From the IMG/VR virus record IMGVR_UViG_3300032770_000002, positions 166,254 through 230,253 of that record: 64,000 nucleotides of DNA; one strand, 5' to 3'. Below the pieces are notes generated by a model. It was not told the DNA's origin. It saw nothing but the letters and a program-made list of their open reading frames with translations, and searched no databases. Position 1 is the first letter of the stretch. Each line of letters starts with the position of its first letter. Positions 27,695-37,474 of this stretch are shown piece after piece. The translations under genes were made by a program, and so were the position numbers.

Positions 27695-27925
27695 ATGAAC
27701 TTAAAAGAGCAAATTGTGCAGCTTTCTTCCCAAGCTATCGCCACTAAAAAGGATACCTGTTTGGAATTTAACACGACTGGAGGATACATGTCGTTGACGT
27801 TGACGCCAGCCGGTCGAGTAGAAATTTTGTGGAGAGATAGAGCTGGCATTAAAGAGGGTTGGTTCATGAAAGACTGGACTGTTGAAACCACGTTAAAAAA
27901 GCTCGATGGACTCTTGCGGTCATGA
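27695..27925 (+). CDS. hypothetical protein
   Basis: 76-aa ORF coupled to the next gene. Confidence 0.55.
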   Translation: MNLKEQIVQLSSQAIATKKDTCLEFNTTGGYMSLTLTPAGRVEILWRDRAGIKEGWFMKDWTVETTLKKLDGLLRS

Positions 27926-28935
27926 AGGAGCGATTTCAAGACATCAGCTTTACTGAGCAGGAGGGCGCGCTCATCAAGGTCTGCAACCGGATCATTGACG
28001 GGTATGCTCGTCAGGGCTACGATTTGTCACTCCGTCAGCTCTACTACGTGCTGGTGACCAAGAACATCATCCCAAACGTCCCGCGCTCCTATGAGAAACT
28101 GGGCGCTCTCATCAACGAGGCGAGAATGGCAGGCCTGGTCGACTGGGACATGATCGTTGACCGTGGGCGCCACGCCATCGTGACTCGGAAATTTTCCGGC
28201 CCTGGAAAGGCCGTCAGCCAGCTCGTCAAGACCTTCAAGCTGAACCGCTGGATTCACCAGCCATTTTACATCGAGGTGATGGCCGAGAAGCAGGCCCTTG
28301 AGGGCGTGCTTTCACCCGTCTGCAGTTATTGGGGCATCACCTACAGCTCGAACAAAGGCTACAGCTCAGCGTCGGCCCTTTATGCGGCGGCCAAGCGCTT
28401 GGCGAAGAAGGCCGAGGCCGGCAAGCAAGTTGTCGTGCTTTACCTTGGCGACCATGACCCAAGTGGCATCGACATGACGCGAGACATCCGTGACCGACTG
28501 ACCATGTTTTCAAGGCTTCCCATCGACGTCAAGCGCCTCGCGTTGAACATGAGCCAGGTTCAGAAGCTCAACTTGCCGCCAAATCCGGCCAAGATGTCGG
28601 ACAGTCGAGCGCCGGACTATTGTGCGAAATTTGGCAACTCATCGTGGGAATTGGACGCCATCCCACCGCGCATCTTGTCAGAGATCATCTCACGTGCTGT
28701 CATGCGTCGCTTGGACGATGACGCGTGGAAAAAAGATGAGAAGCGTGAGAAAAAGGCGATCGAAATTTTAAAGAATGCTGTTCATAGTATTGATCGCGAG
28801 TTCTCAGGCCCGGCGAAGCAGGAAGTTGTTGTCGATGACGATTCAACGCCTCCTCCGAAAGTAGAGATGCCTAAGTTAACTCGTGAGAGTGGCGACGACG
28901 TTGACGAAGGCGACTCAACTCAGCCAACAACATAG
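27922..28935 (+). CDS. Topo VI-A/Spo11/JetD-like WHD-TOPRIM protein
   Basis: LSLRQLYY, EVMAEKQAL, YLGDHDPSG (DxD), WELDA. Confidence 0.8.
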   Translation: MKERFQDISFTEQEGALIKVCNRIIDGYARQGYDLSLRQLYYVLVTKNIIPNVPRSYEKLGALINEARMAGLVDWDMIVDRGRHAIVTRKFSGPGKAVSQLVKTFKLNRWIHQPFYIEVMAEKQALEGVLSPVCSYWGITYSSNKGYSSASALYAAAKRLAKKAEAGKQVVVLYLGDHDPSGIDMTRDIRDRLTMFSRLPIDVKRLALNMSQVQKLNLPPNPAKMSDSRAPDYCAKFGNSSWELDAIPPRILSEIISRAVMRRLDDDAWKKDEKREKKAIEILKNAVHSIDREFSGPAKQEVVVDDDSTPPPKVEMPKLTRESGDDVDEGDSTQPTT

Positions 28936-29461
28936 TCTCCATCGTCGCCTTGGCAACGTGTTCAAGACGACGACAATCAAGATCACAGTGGGCGCGTCAT
29001 CATTCGAAAGGGTGGCGATGCGTTGTTTTGAGGCTTCCGAGGATCTTCACATCGTCATCCTTGGCGAGGACCACGACGACCACGACGTCTGGGCGCTCAC
29101 GTCGGACACGATCGAGCTGATTGGCACGTTCAAGAAGTCAGCGCTCAAACGATTTCACGAGCTGATGTTAATGAAGCGGATCAAGCTTGTCGCAAAGGAC
29201 TTCGAGTTTCTCCAGGACCACTACGCGAGAATTGACATGGAGGTCCGACGTGTCTCGATGCGGCTGATTGAAGGGTCCTACAACTACGTTGAATTCTGCA
29301 CGCACTGCAATCGGTATCTCATGGACCCGATTGAGCTTTGCGAACAGAAGGAATGCCTCAAAAACATTCGCAGGCCGGATGAAATTCGCCGAGTTCTTAA
29401 GCTGCCGTGGCCAAAGCTTCAGCCGCAGCCGCATTCTCGGTCTCAGCGCCATTCTGACTGA
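28883..29461 (+). CDS. hypothetical protein
   Basis: ORF of about 190 aa; start uncertain. Confidence 0.5.
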   Translation: MRVATTLTKATQLSQQHSLHRRLGNVFKTTTIKITVGASSFERVAMRCFEASEDLHIVILGEDHDDHDVWALTSDTIELIGTFKKSALKRFHELMLMKRIKLVAKDFEFLQDHYARIDMEVRRVSMRLIEGSYNYVEFCTHCNRYLMDPIELCEQKECLKNIRRPDEIRRVLKLPWPKLQPQPHSRSQRHSD

Positions 29462-29972
29462 CCACCATCGCGGCAAGTTCAGCCGCTGCAGCCTGCATTG
29501 CCGAGGAGATGGACTGGTATTCACCTGCATTCTGGCCGTAGTGGCGAATGACGCTAAGGAACCCGGTGATGAAGATGTCATCAGGCACCAGCTTTAACTG
29601 GACCCGCTCGTCCTCATCGCGTTTCGGAATTCCATGGCGGTCGGTGACAACCTTGATGTGGGAAAGCTCGTGGTCAAGCAAAGCTTCACGCTGCTGGTCG
29701 TTCTTCTCCTCCCACATGTGGCCGTCAATGTCAATTTCGGCCTCGTGCGGGTCGCGCAACTTACGCCTCCGGCTAATCAGCTTTACGTAGGCTTCGCAAT
29801 AGTGCCCGGCGTGCTTGAGGGCCGGGGTTGGCTCGTCGTCCTTGTCAAAGGCCTTGACGAAGTTCAATGACACCCTGGACTGGGCGTCAACGAGTTCGTG
29901 GTGATATCGGGCCATGACTTGGTTGAGCATGGCGTAATCGGCACGCGTGCCGTCGGAGAACGCTTTAGACAT
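29397..29972 (-). CDS. phage metallopeptidase-like protein
   Basis: REALLDHELSHI (HExxH), then VIRHYG. Confidence 0.72.
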   Translation of the reverse strand: MSKAFSDGTRADYAMLNQVMARYHHELVDAQSRVSLNFVKAFDKDDEPTPALKHAGHYCEAYVKLISRRRKLRDPHEAEIDIDGHMWEEKNDQQREALLDHELSHIKVVTDRHGIPKRDEDERVQLKLVPDDIFITGFLSVIRHYGQNAGEYQSISSAMQAAAAELAAMVVSQNGAETENAAAAEALATAA

Positions 29973-29986
29973 ACAGATGAGAACTA

Positions 29987-30235
29987 CTAGTCTTCAGTTT
30001 TTGCGTGGCCAATGTCAGGGAATTTCCGATGAACAGCCGCGCGCACTTTGGCTTTTTCAGCCGGAGTGCCGTGCTGCGAAACTCGTGCCAGGGCATTTCT
30101 GGCGTGGGCTTTGTCATGAATTGGATAGCGGCGTTCTTTTGGAAAGACAAAGTCACCGCCGGGCAAATTCTTGCGAGCTTGGGTCGTTAGTTTACGCTCA
30201 TCAATCAGAGCGTCAATCAGGTGTCTTGCGTTCAC
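29987..30235 (-). CDS. small basic protein (DUF6582-like), putative head protein
   Basis: RKNLPGGDFVFPKERRYPIHDKAHARNALAR. Confidence 0.7.
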   Translation of the reverse strand: MNARHLIDALIDERKLTTQARKNLPGGDFVFPKERRYPIHDKAHARNALARVSQHGTPAEKAKVRAAVHRKFPDIGHAKTED

Positions 30236-30250
30236 GGGCTTAAGTATAGC

Positions 30251-30598
30251 ATGAGCGACGAACCACTGCCAGCTGGGCGCCTTTTATCGGATGACCAGAT
30301 CAAAACTGCGATTGGTGCTGGACAATTTTATTTTGAGGTGCTTCAGTATTATGACCGTGACTTTAGCCTGGTTTCCATCAGCACGGAGGCCGACCTCGAC
30401 AGGGCTATTTCACTGGCCACGCAGTTTTCAAGCGCTCCACAGACGTTGTTCAAGCCGCATGTTTGGCTGATGGTTCCGGTCGTGTGGAGCGAGTCTCAAG
30501 CCCAGCCGACGTCGCTCGTTGACATGCAGCGAATCAAGGAACTGTTTGTCGGGATGGGCGACTCAGACAAGTATGCGCCCGATGTCGGTGAGCTTTAG
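30251..30598 (+). CDS. hypothetical protein
   Basis: ORF from ATG 30251. Confidence 0.55.
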   Translation: MSDEPLPAGRLLSDDQIKTAIGAGQFYFEVLQYYDRDFSLVSISTEADLDRAISLATQFSSAPQTLFKPHVWLMVPVVWSESQAQPTSLVDMQRIKELFVGMGDSDKYAPDVGEL

Positions 30599-31542
30599 CC
30601 CAGTCGAGCCACGCCATTCGTGCTGTTGTCAACGATGACCGACGACTTGAGGCGCTGGAGAACCTCGCGGACTGGTTCCTTCAACGCGTAAGCGCCGACG
30701 ATCAGTTCGCGCAGGTGTCCAAATGACATGCCATTGGTCTGCTCGGCGAGCCACTGAATCTGCTCTGGTTTTTCAACGGCTTCGAGCTTCTTGGTCAAGT
30801 AGACCTTGCGGGCTTCGAGGGCTGGCGGCCCAAGGTGAATGACCTTGTCAAACCGGCCAGGTCGGCGCAGCCGCGGTGGGATTCGGTCAAGGTAGTTCGT
30901 GCTGCCAAGGTAAAGGATGTTTTGAATCTGGGCGTCGCCGTCGAGGAGCTGGAGCATGGACCGCTCTGAATAGCCGACAATTTCATCAAGGTCTTCGAAG
31001 ACGACCACGACCTTGCGCTCTGGCTCGACCTCACGGTAATTCTTCAGGCCCTCACGCAGCGTGCCAACTTCCGTCGTGAAGAAGATGATGTCGCCGCGGT
31101 TGACCATCATCTCACTGACCTGTTGAAACATCGATGACTTGCCGCACCCGGGCGGGCCCTCCACGAGGATGCCTCGGTTGTGGAGAAAACCAAGCTGATT
31201 GAAGTTTTCCTTCAGGCCCCAGAATCGGTCGATCTCGTCAAGGACCTTTCGCATCGGGCTGGACTCGAACAGGTAAAGCTCGTCGGTCTTTGGCGCAAAC
31301 TTGGTGTAGACCGGGCCTTCCATCGAGCTTTCAATGCGATACGCGAATGCTTGAAGTGCCGGGCGCAGGGTCACGTCACCGATTGGCTTGAGTGAGTTGC
31401 CGCTTTGAAGAAATTGAATGTAGTGCTTCTTAAGTTCTTCTTCGTTTTTAGACTTAAGCCCCTCCATGATGGCGCCACTTTGACGGGCGATGTCACGGGC
31501 TTCGACCACATTCCCGAGAATTTTTGAGATGCTGTTGATCAC
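30595..31542 (-). CDS. AAA+ ATPase
   Basis: GPPGCGKS Walker A, FEDLD Walker B, STN, RRPGRFD. Confidence 0.9.
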   Translation of the reverse strand: MINSISKILGNVVEARDIARQSGAIMEGLKSKNEEELKKHYIQFLQSGNSLKPIGDVTLRPALQAFAYRIESSMEGPVYTKFAPKTDELYLFESSPMRKVLDEIDRFWGLKENFNQLGFLHNRGILVEGPPGCGKSSMFQQVSEMMVNRGDIIFFTTEVGTLREGLKNYREVEPERKVVVVFEDLDEIVGYSERSMLQLLDGDAQIQNILYLGSTNYLDRIPPRLRRPGRFDKVIHLGPPALEARKVYLTKKLEAVEKPEQIQWLAEQTNGMSFGHLRELIVGAYALKEPVREVLQRLKSSVIVDNSTNGVARLG

Positions 31543-31682
31543 GTTTTATCTATCAGTCAAAACAATCCCCGGCGGTCCATTTCGCTCACGGAGCGCGTGA
31601 TTGAGCCGCTAAAATACGCTGTTTGACGGTCTTTAAACGTCACTGTTACGCCCCAGGCGTCAAAACTTTTTACATTTTTTTG

Positions 31683-31711
31683 TTTACAAATGGCAGGAGA
31701 CGTGATATATT
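31683..31711 (+). promoter_or_regulatory. class 1 promoter, leaderless
   Basis: TTTACA-N17-TATATT, then ccctcc-ATG (31718). Confidence 0.85.
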
Positions 31712-31717
31712 CCCTCC

Positions 31718-33718
31718 ATGACAACGACCACAGTTGAGATTGAGAAGCTCCTCAAGTGGAGTGAGCCTCAGATTCGTCAGACGTCGCGCGGCATCCGCTG
31801 CTTGCGCACGGCCGAACCGACCCAAGAATTTCGCGCCATTTGGAAGACCAACAGGCAGGTGCTCAAGGACGCTGGCCTTGGTTGGACCGAGTATCAGGGT
31901 GTCTGGACCGTCAATTGGTGGACTGACCCGCCGAAGGACTTCATGGAAGAGACCGCCGCGAAGGTCGCCGCCTCTTACAAAAAGGTCAGCGACATCACCG
32001 TCCCATCTCCCGACGGCCTCGCATACATGCCCTACCAGCTGGCGGCCATCGAGTTTGCGCAAGGGCGCAACGGCACGCTGTTTGGCGACGAGATGGGCCT
32101 GGGCAAGACCATCGAGGCCATTGGCGTCATCAACAACGACGCGACGATCAAAAATGTCCTGGTCATCTGTCCGTCTCGCCTCAAGATCAATTGGTCCCGT
32201 GAGTTGAACAAGTGGCTTACTCGGCCGATGACTGTCGGCTTGACCAACGGCATTCTTCCCGCCACGAACGTGGTCATCATCGCTTATACGTCTTGCGCCA
32301 AGTTTGAGGCCGAGATCCTGGCCCGCAAGTGGGACCTCGTTGTGATGGACGAAATTCACTACATCAAAAACCCTGGTGCGCAGCGCACTCGGACGGTCAC
32401 CAACATCGCCAAGGAGACGGCGCGCAAGATCGGCATGACTGGCACCCCGATTCAGAATCGCATTGGCGAGCTGTTCACCGTCCTCAACCTCCTTGACCCG
32501 GTCACCTGGAATGACCGCAACAAGTTTTTCCGCCGCTACGTCTACTACGCGAATGAAACTCGCCTCGCTGAACTGCAGCGCCTGCTTCGGACGAGCGTGA
32601 TGATTCGCCGGATGAAGAAGGACGTGCTGACTGAGCTCCCGGCGAAGCGCCGCCAGACCATCATCATCGGCAAGGAAGGTTACGAGAATGCCCTCGCCCA
32701 CGAGCGCGAAGTTATGGCCAAGTTTGAGAAGCAGCTTCTCGAAAGCCACGTCGAGCTCGAGTTAGCCAAGGCCAGTGGCAATGAGGCTGAATATAAGTCA
32801 GCGCTTGCCCGCCTTCGCAGCGCCAACACCGTTTGCTTCGCTGAGATTTCGAAGGCCCGCCACGAGACGGCCAAGGCCAAAGTCCCCGACGTCATCGAGC
32901 AGGTCAAAGGGTTCCTTGACGCAACGAGCGAGAAGATCGTCGTCTTCGCCCATCACGTTGACGTGCTCGAGGCCATTCACGCTGCGTTTCCTGGCTCTGG
33001 GCTTATCCACGGCCAAGTCAGTCAACAGGCTGGTCAAGCCGCTCTGGATCGCTTTCAGACCGACCCTGACTGCCGCGTGCTGGTCAGCTCCATCCTCGCT
33101 GGTGGACTTGGGCTGAACATGACCGCGGGCAGCGTGGCCATCTTTGCCGAACTCGATTGGGTTCCCACAAACTTGGACCAAGCTGAAAGCCGCCTGCATC
33201 GCAAAGGCCAAGAGCTGTCCACGCTGTTTGCCTACGTCATCCTCGAAGACTCGCTCGACGGGCGGATGATTGACATCCTCCTTGAGAAGCTGGCCATCAT
33301 TGACTCAGCCATGGGCGATGAGAAAGACGGCGACGAGCCGCTGTTCCCGAACCTGTCCGGAAACACGGACAAGTCGGCAGTCACCATCACGATGAAGGAA
33401 TATCGTGAGACGACCCTCGTGATGCCCGAGGCCCAGATGAAGGCCATTCACACCGGTCTGCGAATGCTCGCGCGGGTCTGTGACGGAGCCGTTGAGCTGG
33501 ATGGCCAGGGCTTCAACAAGCTTGACACGGCGGTTGGGCATCGGCTGGCCACGCTCAATTATCTCAGCCCGCGGCAAGCCCTGCTAGGTCAGAAGCTGGT
33601 CAATCGCTATCGTGGTCAGCTCCCGGCTGACTTGGTCGCCGTGGCTAAGGGAACACCAGCTACGCAGCCTGAAACTTCCGTGGCGCAGCCCACGCAAACC
33701 TACGACTGTGGGCTATGA
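31718..33718 (+). CDS. SNF2-family helicase (HARP/SMARCAL1-like)
   Basis: DEMGLGKT, DEIH, TGTPIQN, RRMKKDVLTELPAK, GLGLNM, QAESRLHRKGQ. Confidence 0.92.
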   Translation: MTTTTVEIEKLLKWSEPQIRQTSRGIRCLRTAEPTQEFRAIWKTNRQVLKDAGLGWTEYQGVWTVNWWTDPPKDFMEETAAKVAASYKKVSDITVPSPDGLAYMPYQLAAIEFAQGRNGTLFGDEMGLGKTIEAIGVINNDATIKNVLVICPSRLKINWSRELNKWLTRPMTVGLTNGILPATNVVIIAYTSCAKFEAEILARKWDLVVMDEIHYIKNPGAQRTRTVTNIAKETARKIGMTGTPIQNRIGELFTVLNLLDPVTWNDRNKFFRRYVYYANETRLAELQRLLRTSVMIRRMKKDVLTELPAKRRQTIIIGKEGYENALAHEREVMAKFEKQLLESHVELELAKASGNEAEYKSALARLRSANTVCFAEISKARHETAKAKVPDVIEQVKGFLDATSEKIVVFAHHVDVLEAIHAAFPGSGLIHGQVSQQAGQAALDRFQTDPDCRVLVSSILAGGLGLNMTAGSVAIFAELDWVPTNLDQAESRLHRKGQELSTLFAYVILEDSLDGRMIDILLEKLAIIDSAMGDEKDGDEPLFPNLSGNTDKSAVTITMKEYRETTLVMPEAQMKAIHTGLRMLARVCDGAVELDGQGFNKLDTAVGHRLATLNYLSPRQALLGQKLVNRYRGQLPADLVAVAKGTPATQPETSVAQPTQTYDCGL

Positions 33719-34137
33719 GCGACTTGCCATTTAACGTGCTTGTCGGTTTGACGTTGACTGAGGTTAACGCGACTGTCGGTGACACTGAAGTCTTTCTTCT
33801 TTCAGCCGATGGGCGTCTTTTTAGGATGCACAACTTCGAGTCGGATTGCGGCAATGACGTCGACGTTCAACTTGACGACATCTGCGGTGAGCTCAGCGAC
33901 ATCATCGGTGAACCGATCGTTCAAGCCGAGATGTCGAACAATGACCGCCAGACAATTCACGAACTTCTTGAAACTGGCGTCGTAAAGGGAAAGTCCGATG
34001 ACGAGAATTTTACCTGGACATTTTATCGGATTACGACAATAAAAGGCCAGGTCGTTCTTCGATGGTATGGAAGATCCAATGGCTACTACAGTGAGGAAGT
34101 CCAACTAACGGAGATTAAACCGCGTGAAAACATTTAA
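33715..34137 (+). CDS. conserved phage hypothetical protein
   Basis: TWTFYRITTIKG..LRWYGRSNGYYSE motif. Confidence 0.7.
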   Translation: MSDLPFNVLVGLTLTEVNATVGDTEVFLLSADGRLFRMHNFESDCGNDVDVQLDDICGELSDIIGEPIVQAEMSNNDRQTIHELLETGVVKGKSDDENFTWTFYRITTIKGQVVLRWYGRSNGYYSEEVQLTEIKPRENI

Positions 34138-34492
34138 AGCAAGACTAATCGCTGAATTTGAGTTCGAGACTGACGCCGACAGTGTCGGTGACGCCCAAGT
34201 TGACGCCTTGCGTTTCGTGCAGGCGCACATCATGGACGACGAAGACCAGCGTCCAATTCGGATTAAACGGTTGGCCATCGGTGAGGAACCGCTTACCTTA
34301 GACAAGGGCCACATCGACCAGGTAGAGCACAACATCTCGCCACCAATGAGGAAAGCCATCACACTTCCCATTGAACTTGGCGGTGGTAAACGATGCGCCG
34401 TCTACGTGGCGCTGGGCGGTTTTACCGCGCTCAACTACCCAATCTCTAACGAGGAACTTCAAACAATCGCAAAAAGATTGGAGGTCATATGA
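34124..34492 (+). CDS. hypothetical protein
   Basis: ORF in a coupled run. Confidence 0.55.
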   Translation: MKTFKARLIAEFEFETDADSVGDAQVDALRFVQAHIMDDEDQRPIRIKRLAIGEEPLTLDKGHIDQVEHNISPPMRKAITLPIELGGGKRCAVYVALGGFTALNYPISNEELQTIAKRLEVI

Positions 34493-34878
34493 CACTGCCT
34501 GAACTACGAAAGCGGCTTGGCTTGACTGAAGGCCAGTTGCTAAAAAGCGACACCGGGATGCTCGGTGACATACTGGGCGTCGTCGATGACTACGCCCTGA
34601 TCGGCGTGCTAGCCACTGGAAGGGTCGAGCGGGTGCCGATCACCTCCCTGCTTGCCAACGCGCCGTGCAAGCTGACGGACCAGGAGAAAGAGGTGGCGCT
34701 TTGCCTTGCCCAAGGGTTCAACAGCATCGAAAAAATTGCCAACATGACAGGCGTTGATGAGGAGGCCGTTGAGGCAATGGTGGCTGTCGTGCGCGACGAA
34801 AAGACCTACCTCGAACTCCTTGAAAAGGACCTTGACGACACGGTCGAATTTTTGGGTGAACACAATTGTGGATTATGA
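34489..34878 (+). CDS. hypothetical protein, possible LuxR-like HTH
   Basis: LTDQEKEVALCLAQGFNSIEKIANMTG. Confidence 0.55.
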   Translation: MTLPELRKRLGLTEGQLLKSDTGMLGDILGVVDDYALIGVLATGRVERVPITSLLANAPCKLTDQEKEVALCLAQGFNSIEKIANMTGVDEEAVEAMVAVVRDEKTYLELLEKDLDDTVEFLGEHNCGL

Positions 34879-35102
34879 GAAAAACGATCAATGACGCTGA
34901 GAAACCTCGTGGCACGCCCATCGAACGGCCGTGGCTTGACAAGGAAGACAAGCCGATACTTGACGAACTGGGTCAACAAATGCGCTGCACTCAGCGTCTT
35001 CTCGTTGACCACGGGCACCACTACATCTTCTGTGGGGCTTACCATCCTAAACTGCCGACCGTCATGACTGAAAAAGGGCCGAGGTGCATTTTTCACCGAT
35101 GA
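34875..35102 (+). CDS. hypothetical protein
   Basis: ATGA coupling at both ends. Confidence 0.5.
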   Translation: MRKTINDAEKPRGTPIERPWLDKEDKPILDELGQQMRCTQRLLVDHGHHYIFCGAYHPKLPTVMTEKGPRCIFHR

Positions 35103-35818
35103 AAACTCTCGTTCTCCACCTTAAGGATTCGACAACGGACTTTCTCAAGGCCATTTACGATGGCCGGCCTGACTGCACGGTCATGACGAATGGTTCGAGG
35201 CGCCAGATCGCGGAAGCTCTGGCTAGTCACGATCAAGTCTACATGCTTGGCCATGGTTGCTTTGACGGTCTCTTCTGGGACGGCTTCATGATCAGCCATG
35301 AGTTTGGGCCGCTCATCAAACTAAAGCCGGGCCTCTTTATCTGGTGCAACGCCGACGGTTACGCCATTCGGCACAAACTGACCGGGCTTGTCTCAGGGAT
35401 GTTCATCTCCGAGGTGATGGAGGCCCAAATTTACAGCGTCCCAACCACGCAGGAGCAGGTGACGGCCTCGAATGACTTCTTCTCAAGGACCGTTCGAAAC
35501 TGCATCGACTCCAATACTCCGCTGGACGCCGTTCGTTTGAACTACTCCAATCACCTTCCAGTGACGGCTTTTAACCGAGATCGGATCTACGTCTTCGACA
35601 AAGGTGAACCGACTCCAAAACTTCACCCAACGAGCGTGGTCAACAAGCTTTATGAAATACGTGATGTTCACTCACAAACCATCAGGGATGCGCTACCCGG
35701 TCTTCATGGCCGGCCATATCAGCCATTCGGACGTAAAACTGGACGACAAAAACTTCGAGGCGACGTCGGCCGGCGAATTCGACGTCGAGACGGGGAGGTG
35801 CGTGGGCCAGAGCTCTAG
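35099..35818 (+). CDS. hypothetical protein
   Basis: MLGHG...FIWCNAD...SGMFISE; His-Cys pair could be caspase/CHAT-like. Confidence 0.55.
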   Translation: MKTLVLHLKDSTTDFLKAIYDGRPDCTVMTNGSRRQIAEALASHDQVYMLGHGCFDGLFWDGFMISHEFGPLIKLKPGLFIWCNADGYAIRHKLTGLVSGMFISEVMEAQIYSVPTTQEQVTASNDFFSRTVRNCIDSNTPLDAVRLNYSNHLPVTAFNRDRIYVFDKGEPTPKLHPTSVVNKLYEIRDVHSQTIRDALPGLHGRPYQPFGRKTGRQKLRGDVGRRIRRRDGEVRGPEL

Positions 35819-35927
35819 CCTGCGGATGAAGCCGGCCCACGGCGACGACGTCATCTGCCACCTGGTCGTTTCAAACCTCGAGTCGATGATGATCATGGCC
35901 CAGGACATTGTCGATAATTCTCGTTAA
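35652..35927 (+). CDS. hypothetical protein
   Basis: MKYVMF...H...SAGEF...GQSSSL; overlaps the end of the upstream ORF. Confidence 0.55.
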   Translation: MKYVMFTHKPSGMRYPVFMAGHISHSDVKLDDKNFEATSAGEFDVETGRCVGQSSSLRMKPAHGDDVICHLVVSNLESMMIMAQDIVDNSR

Positions 35928-35933
35928 TTTTTG

Positions 35934-35961
35934 TTTACAAAATTCGGATTGTATGTATAAT
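35934..35961 (+). promoter_or_regulatory. class 1 promoter
   Basis: TTTACA-N16-TATAAT; ATGs at 35966 and 35969. Confidence 0.85.
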
Positions 35962-35965
35962 GGTT

Positions 35966-36604
35966 ATGATGACATTTGACAAAGGCAAACTTGACTTGAT
36001 GGCGATTTACCTGTGCCAGTGTCGCGTGAAGTCGCTGGCCGAATCACAGGACGTCCACGTTCCGCCGAGCGCTGGCGAGGCCATTCAGCTCATTCGATTT
36101 CTCAAGGACGCGGGTGTCAAGCCGCTGGTCATCGGGTCCGTTGGCGTCCTCAGTTACCTGAACGTTGACCCAACCAAGAATTTCAGGCCGACCGTTGACC
36201 TGGACCTCTGGGTTGAAAAAGTTCCGCGTCAGTTGCCGCGTGGTTGGACGATCGACCACGAAGCGATTGGCGTCGACAGCTGGGTGAGTCCTTCGGGTGG
36301 CACGGTTGACTTCATTGTTCCTGGACAAAAATTTCCGTCTGGCGGGCGTTCACCGAAGTCGATCAACGCCAACCCTGACTTTGTCGACACTGACTTTCCA
36401 GTCGCTGATTGGGTTGACTTGGTTAAGCTGAAGCTTAACTCGGTTCGTGAGAAAGACCTGGCTGACGTCATTGCGCTTGTGCGCGCCATGGGCCGCGTTC
36501 CAAGTCCAACTGAACTTGGTTCTTTGAATGGTGACCAGCGCGATAATCTTGACTTGGTTAAGAAGTGGTTCCAGCTTCGTCCAAGTGGTCAATACGGCGA
36601 GTGA
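35966..36604 (+). CDS. nucleotidyltransferase (AbiEii/MenT/DUF6036-like)
   Basis: VIGSVGV, RPTVDLDL, VDFI, LVKLKL..REKDLADV. Confidence 0.7.
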   Translation: MMTFDKGKLDLMAIYLCQCRVKSLAESQDVHVPPSAGEAIQLIRFLKDAGVKPLVIGSVGVLSYLNVDPTKNFRPTVDLDLWVEKVPRQLPRGWTIDHEAIGVDSWVSPSGGTVDFIVPGQKFPSGGRSPKSINANPDFVDTDFPVADWVDLVKLKLNSVREKDLADVIALVRAMGRVPSPTELGSLNGDQRDNLDLVKKWFQLRPSGQYGE

Positions 36605-36612
36605 TCAACGTT

Positions 36613-37179
36613 ATGCCAGACGAAAAGGAAAGTAAGCCAAAGCCGGCGGCAAAGCGACCGCCCGTTCTCGACGTTCATCGCCACATTCGTGAACTTGACG
36701 TCGTGTGGTATCACCACAGCTGCTGGGCGTGCGTTCGCTTGACCGACTGTTCAGCCAAGCTGGTCGAAGTGGGCCCAAACTGGGCCGAGGCGACTGGCAT
36801 TCGAACTGACGGAAACGGGATACGCGTCAGTCCTGGGATTCTGGTGGGCTCTGAGGACGGGGTGACAAGCCGTGACTCGACCACGATGTGGCTCATCGGC
36901 CGCCTTACGCCGGGTCAGATTATTCGTGAGGAGACGCCGATCTCGCCAAGTCGAGGACGAACGATCATTGGGACAGTTGACGTGCCAATGCCTGGATTTG
37001 CCCCAAGCGCCAAGCGAAAGCGCGCCCCGGTTGAAGTTGAATCGGCCAGTGATGACTCGCCTATACCGGCTCCCCTGGACCCAATTTTGATGGCGCTACA
37101 ATCTGCCGCCGAACAATTTGCCCGCGTCTTGGGACCGGTTGCGGCACCCGCTGGCGAATCATCTGCTGCCACCGAGTAA
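36613..37179 (+). CDS. hypothetical protein
   Basis: ORF from ATG 36613. Confidence 0.55.
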   Translation: MPDEKESKPKPAAKRPPVLDVHRHIRELDVVWYHHSCWACVRLTDCSAKLVEVGPNWAEATGIRTDGNGIRVSPGILVGSEDGVTSRDSTTMWLIGRLTPGQIIREETPISPSRGRTIIGTVDVPMPGFAPSAKRKRAPVEVESASDDSPIPAPLDPILMALQSAAEQFARVLGPVAAPAGESSAATE

Positions 37180-37423
37180 GCGGATACTCGCGCAAGAGGC
37201 GGCCCAGTTCCTGGATTACCTTAAAAGCGTCCCCGTTGCGCCCAGTCTCTTCCATCCACAAGGCCACGGCATTCCTCAGCCCTTCGCTGCCAAGAGTCTT
37301 CCAGAGTGAATGCAGGTTGTCCTGCCAGTCATATTGGCCGACCTCGTCCTGGATGAACTCGGCCGCCAGGTCCTCTGGGTCTTCAACTTCAAAGGCAGAC
37401 TCAATCAGTTTCTTTGCCAGCAC
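37061..37423 (-). CDS. hypothetical protein (N-terminus LAKKLIESAFE)
   Basis: TAGTTA 4 nt upstream; convergent overlap with the neighbour. Confidence 0.5.
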   Translation of the reverse strand: MLAKKLIESAFEVEDPEDLAAEFIQDEVGQYDWQDNLHSLWKTLGSEGLRNAVALWMEETGRNGDAFKVIQELGRLLREYPLTRWQQMIRQRVPQPVPRRGQIVRRQIVAPSKLGPGEPV

Positions 37424-37474
37424 GCCGTAACTAATGCGAGTTTACACACGAGCCGAAGTTCTGTATCTTGTCAT

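Noticed and set aside
31553-31680. Intergenic region with short hairpins as a tRNA, ncRNA or origin
   Set aside because: There is no cloverleaf or T-loop consensus, and the stems are short and imperfect; support is insufficient.
31670-32749. 359-aa minus-strand ORF and similar long antisense ORFs (e.g. 7448-8005, 8453-9055)
   Set aside because: These are shadows of well-supported plus-strand genes caused by codon bias, and they have no motifs.
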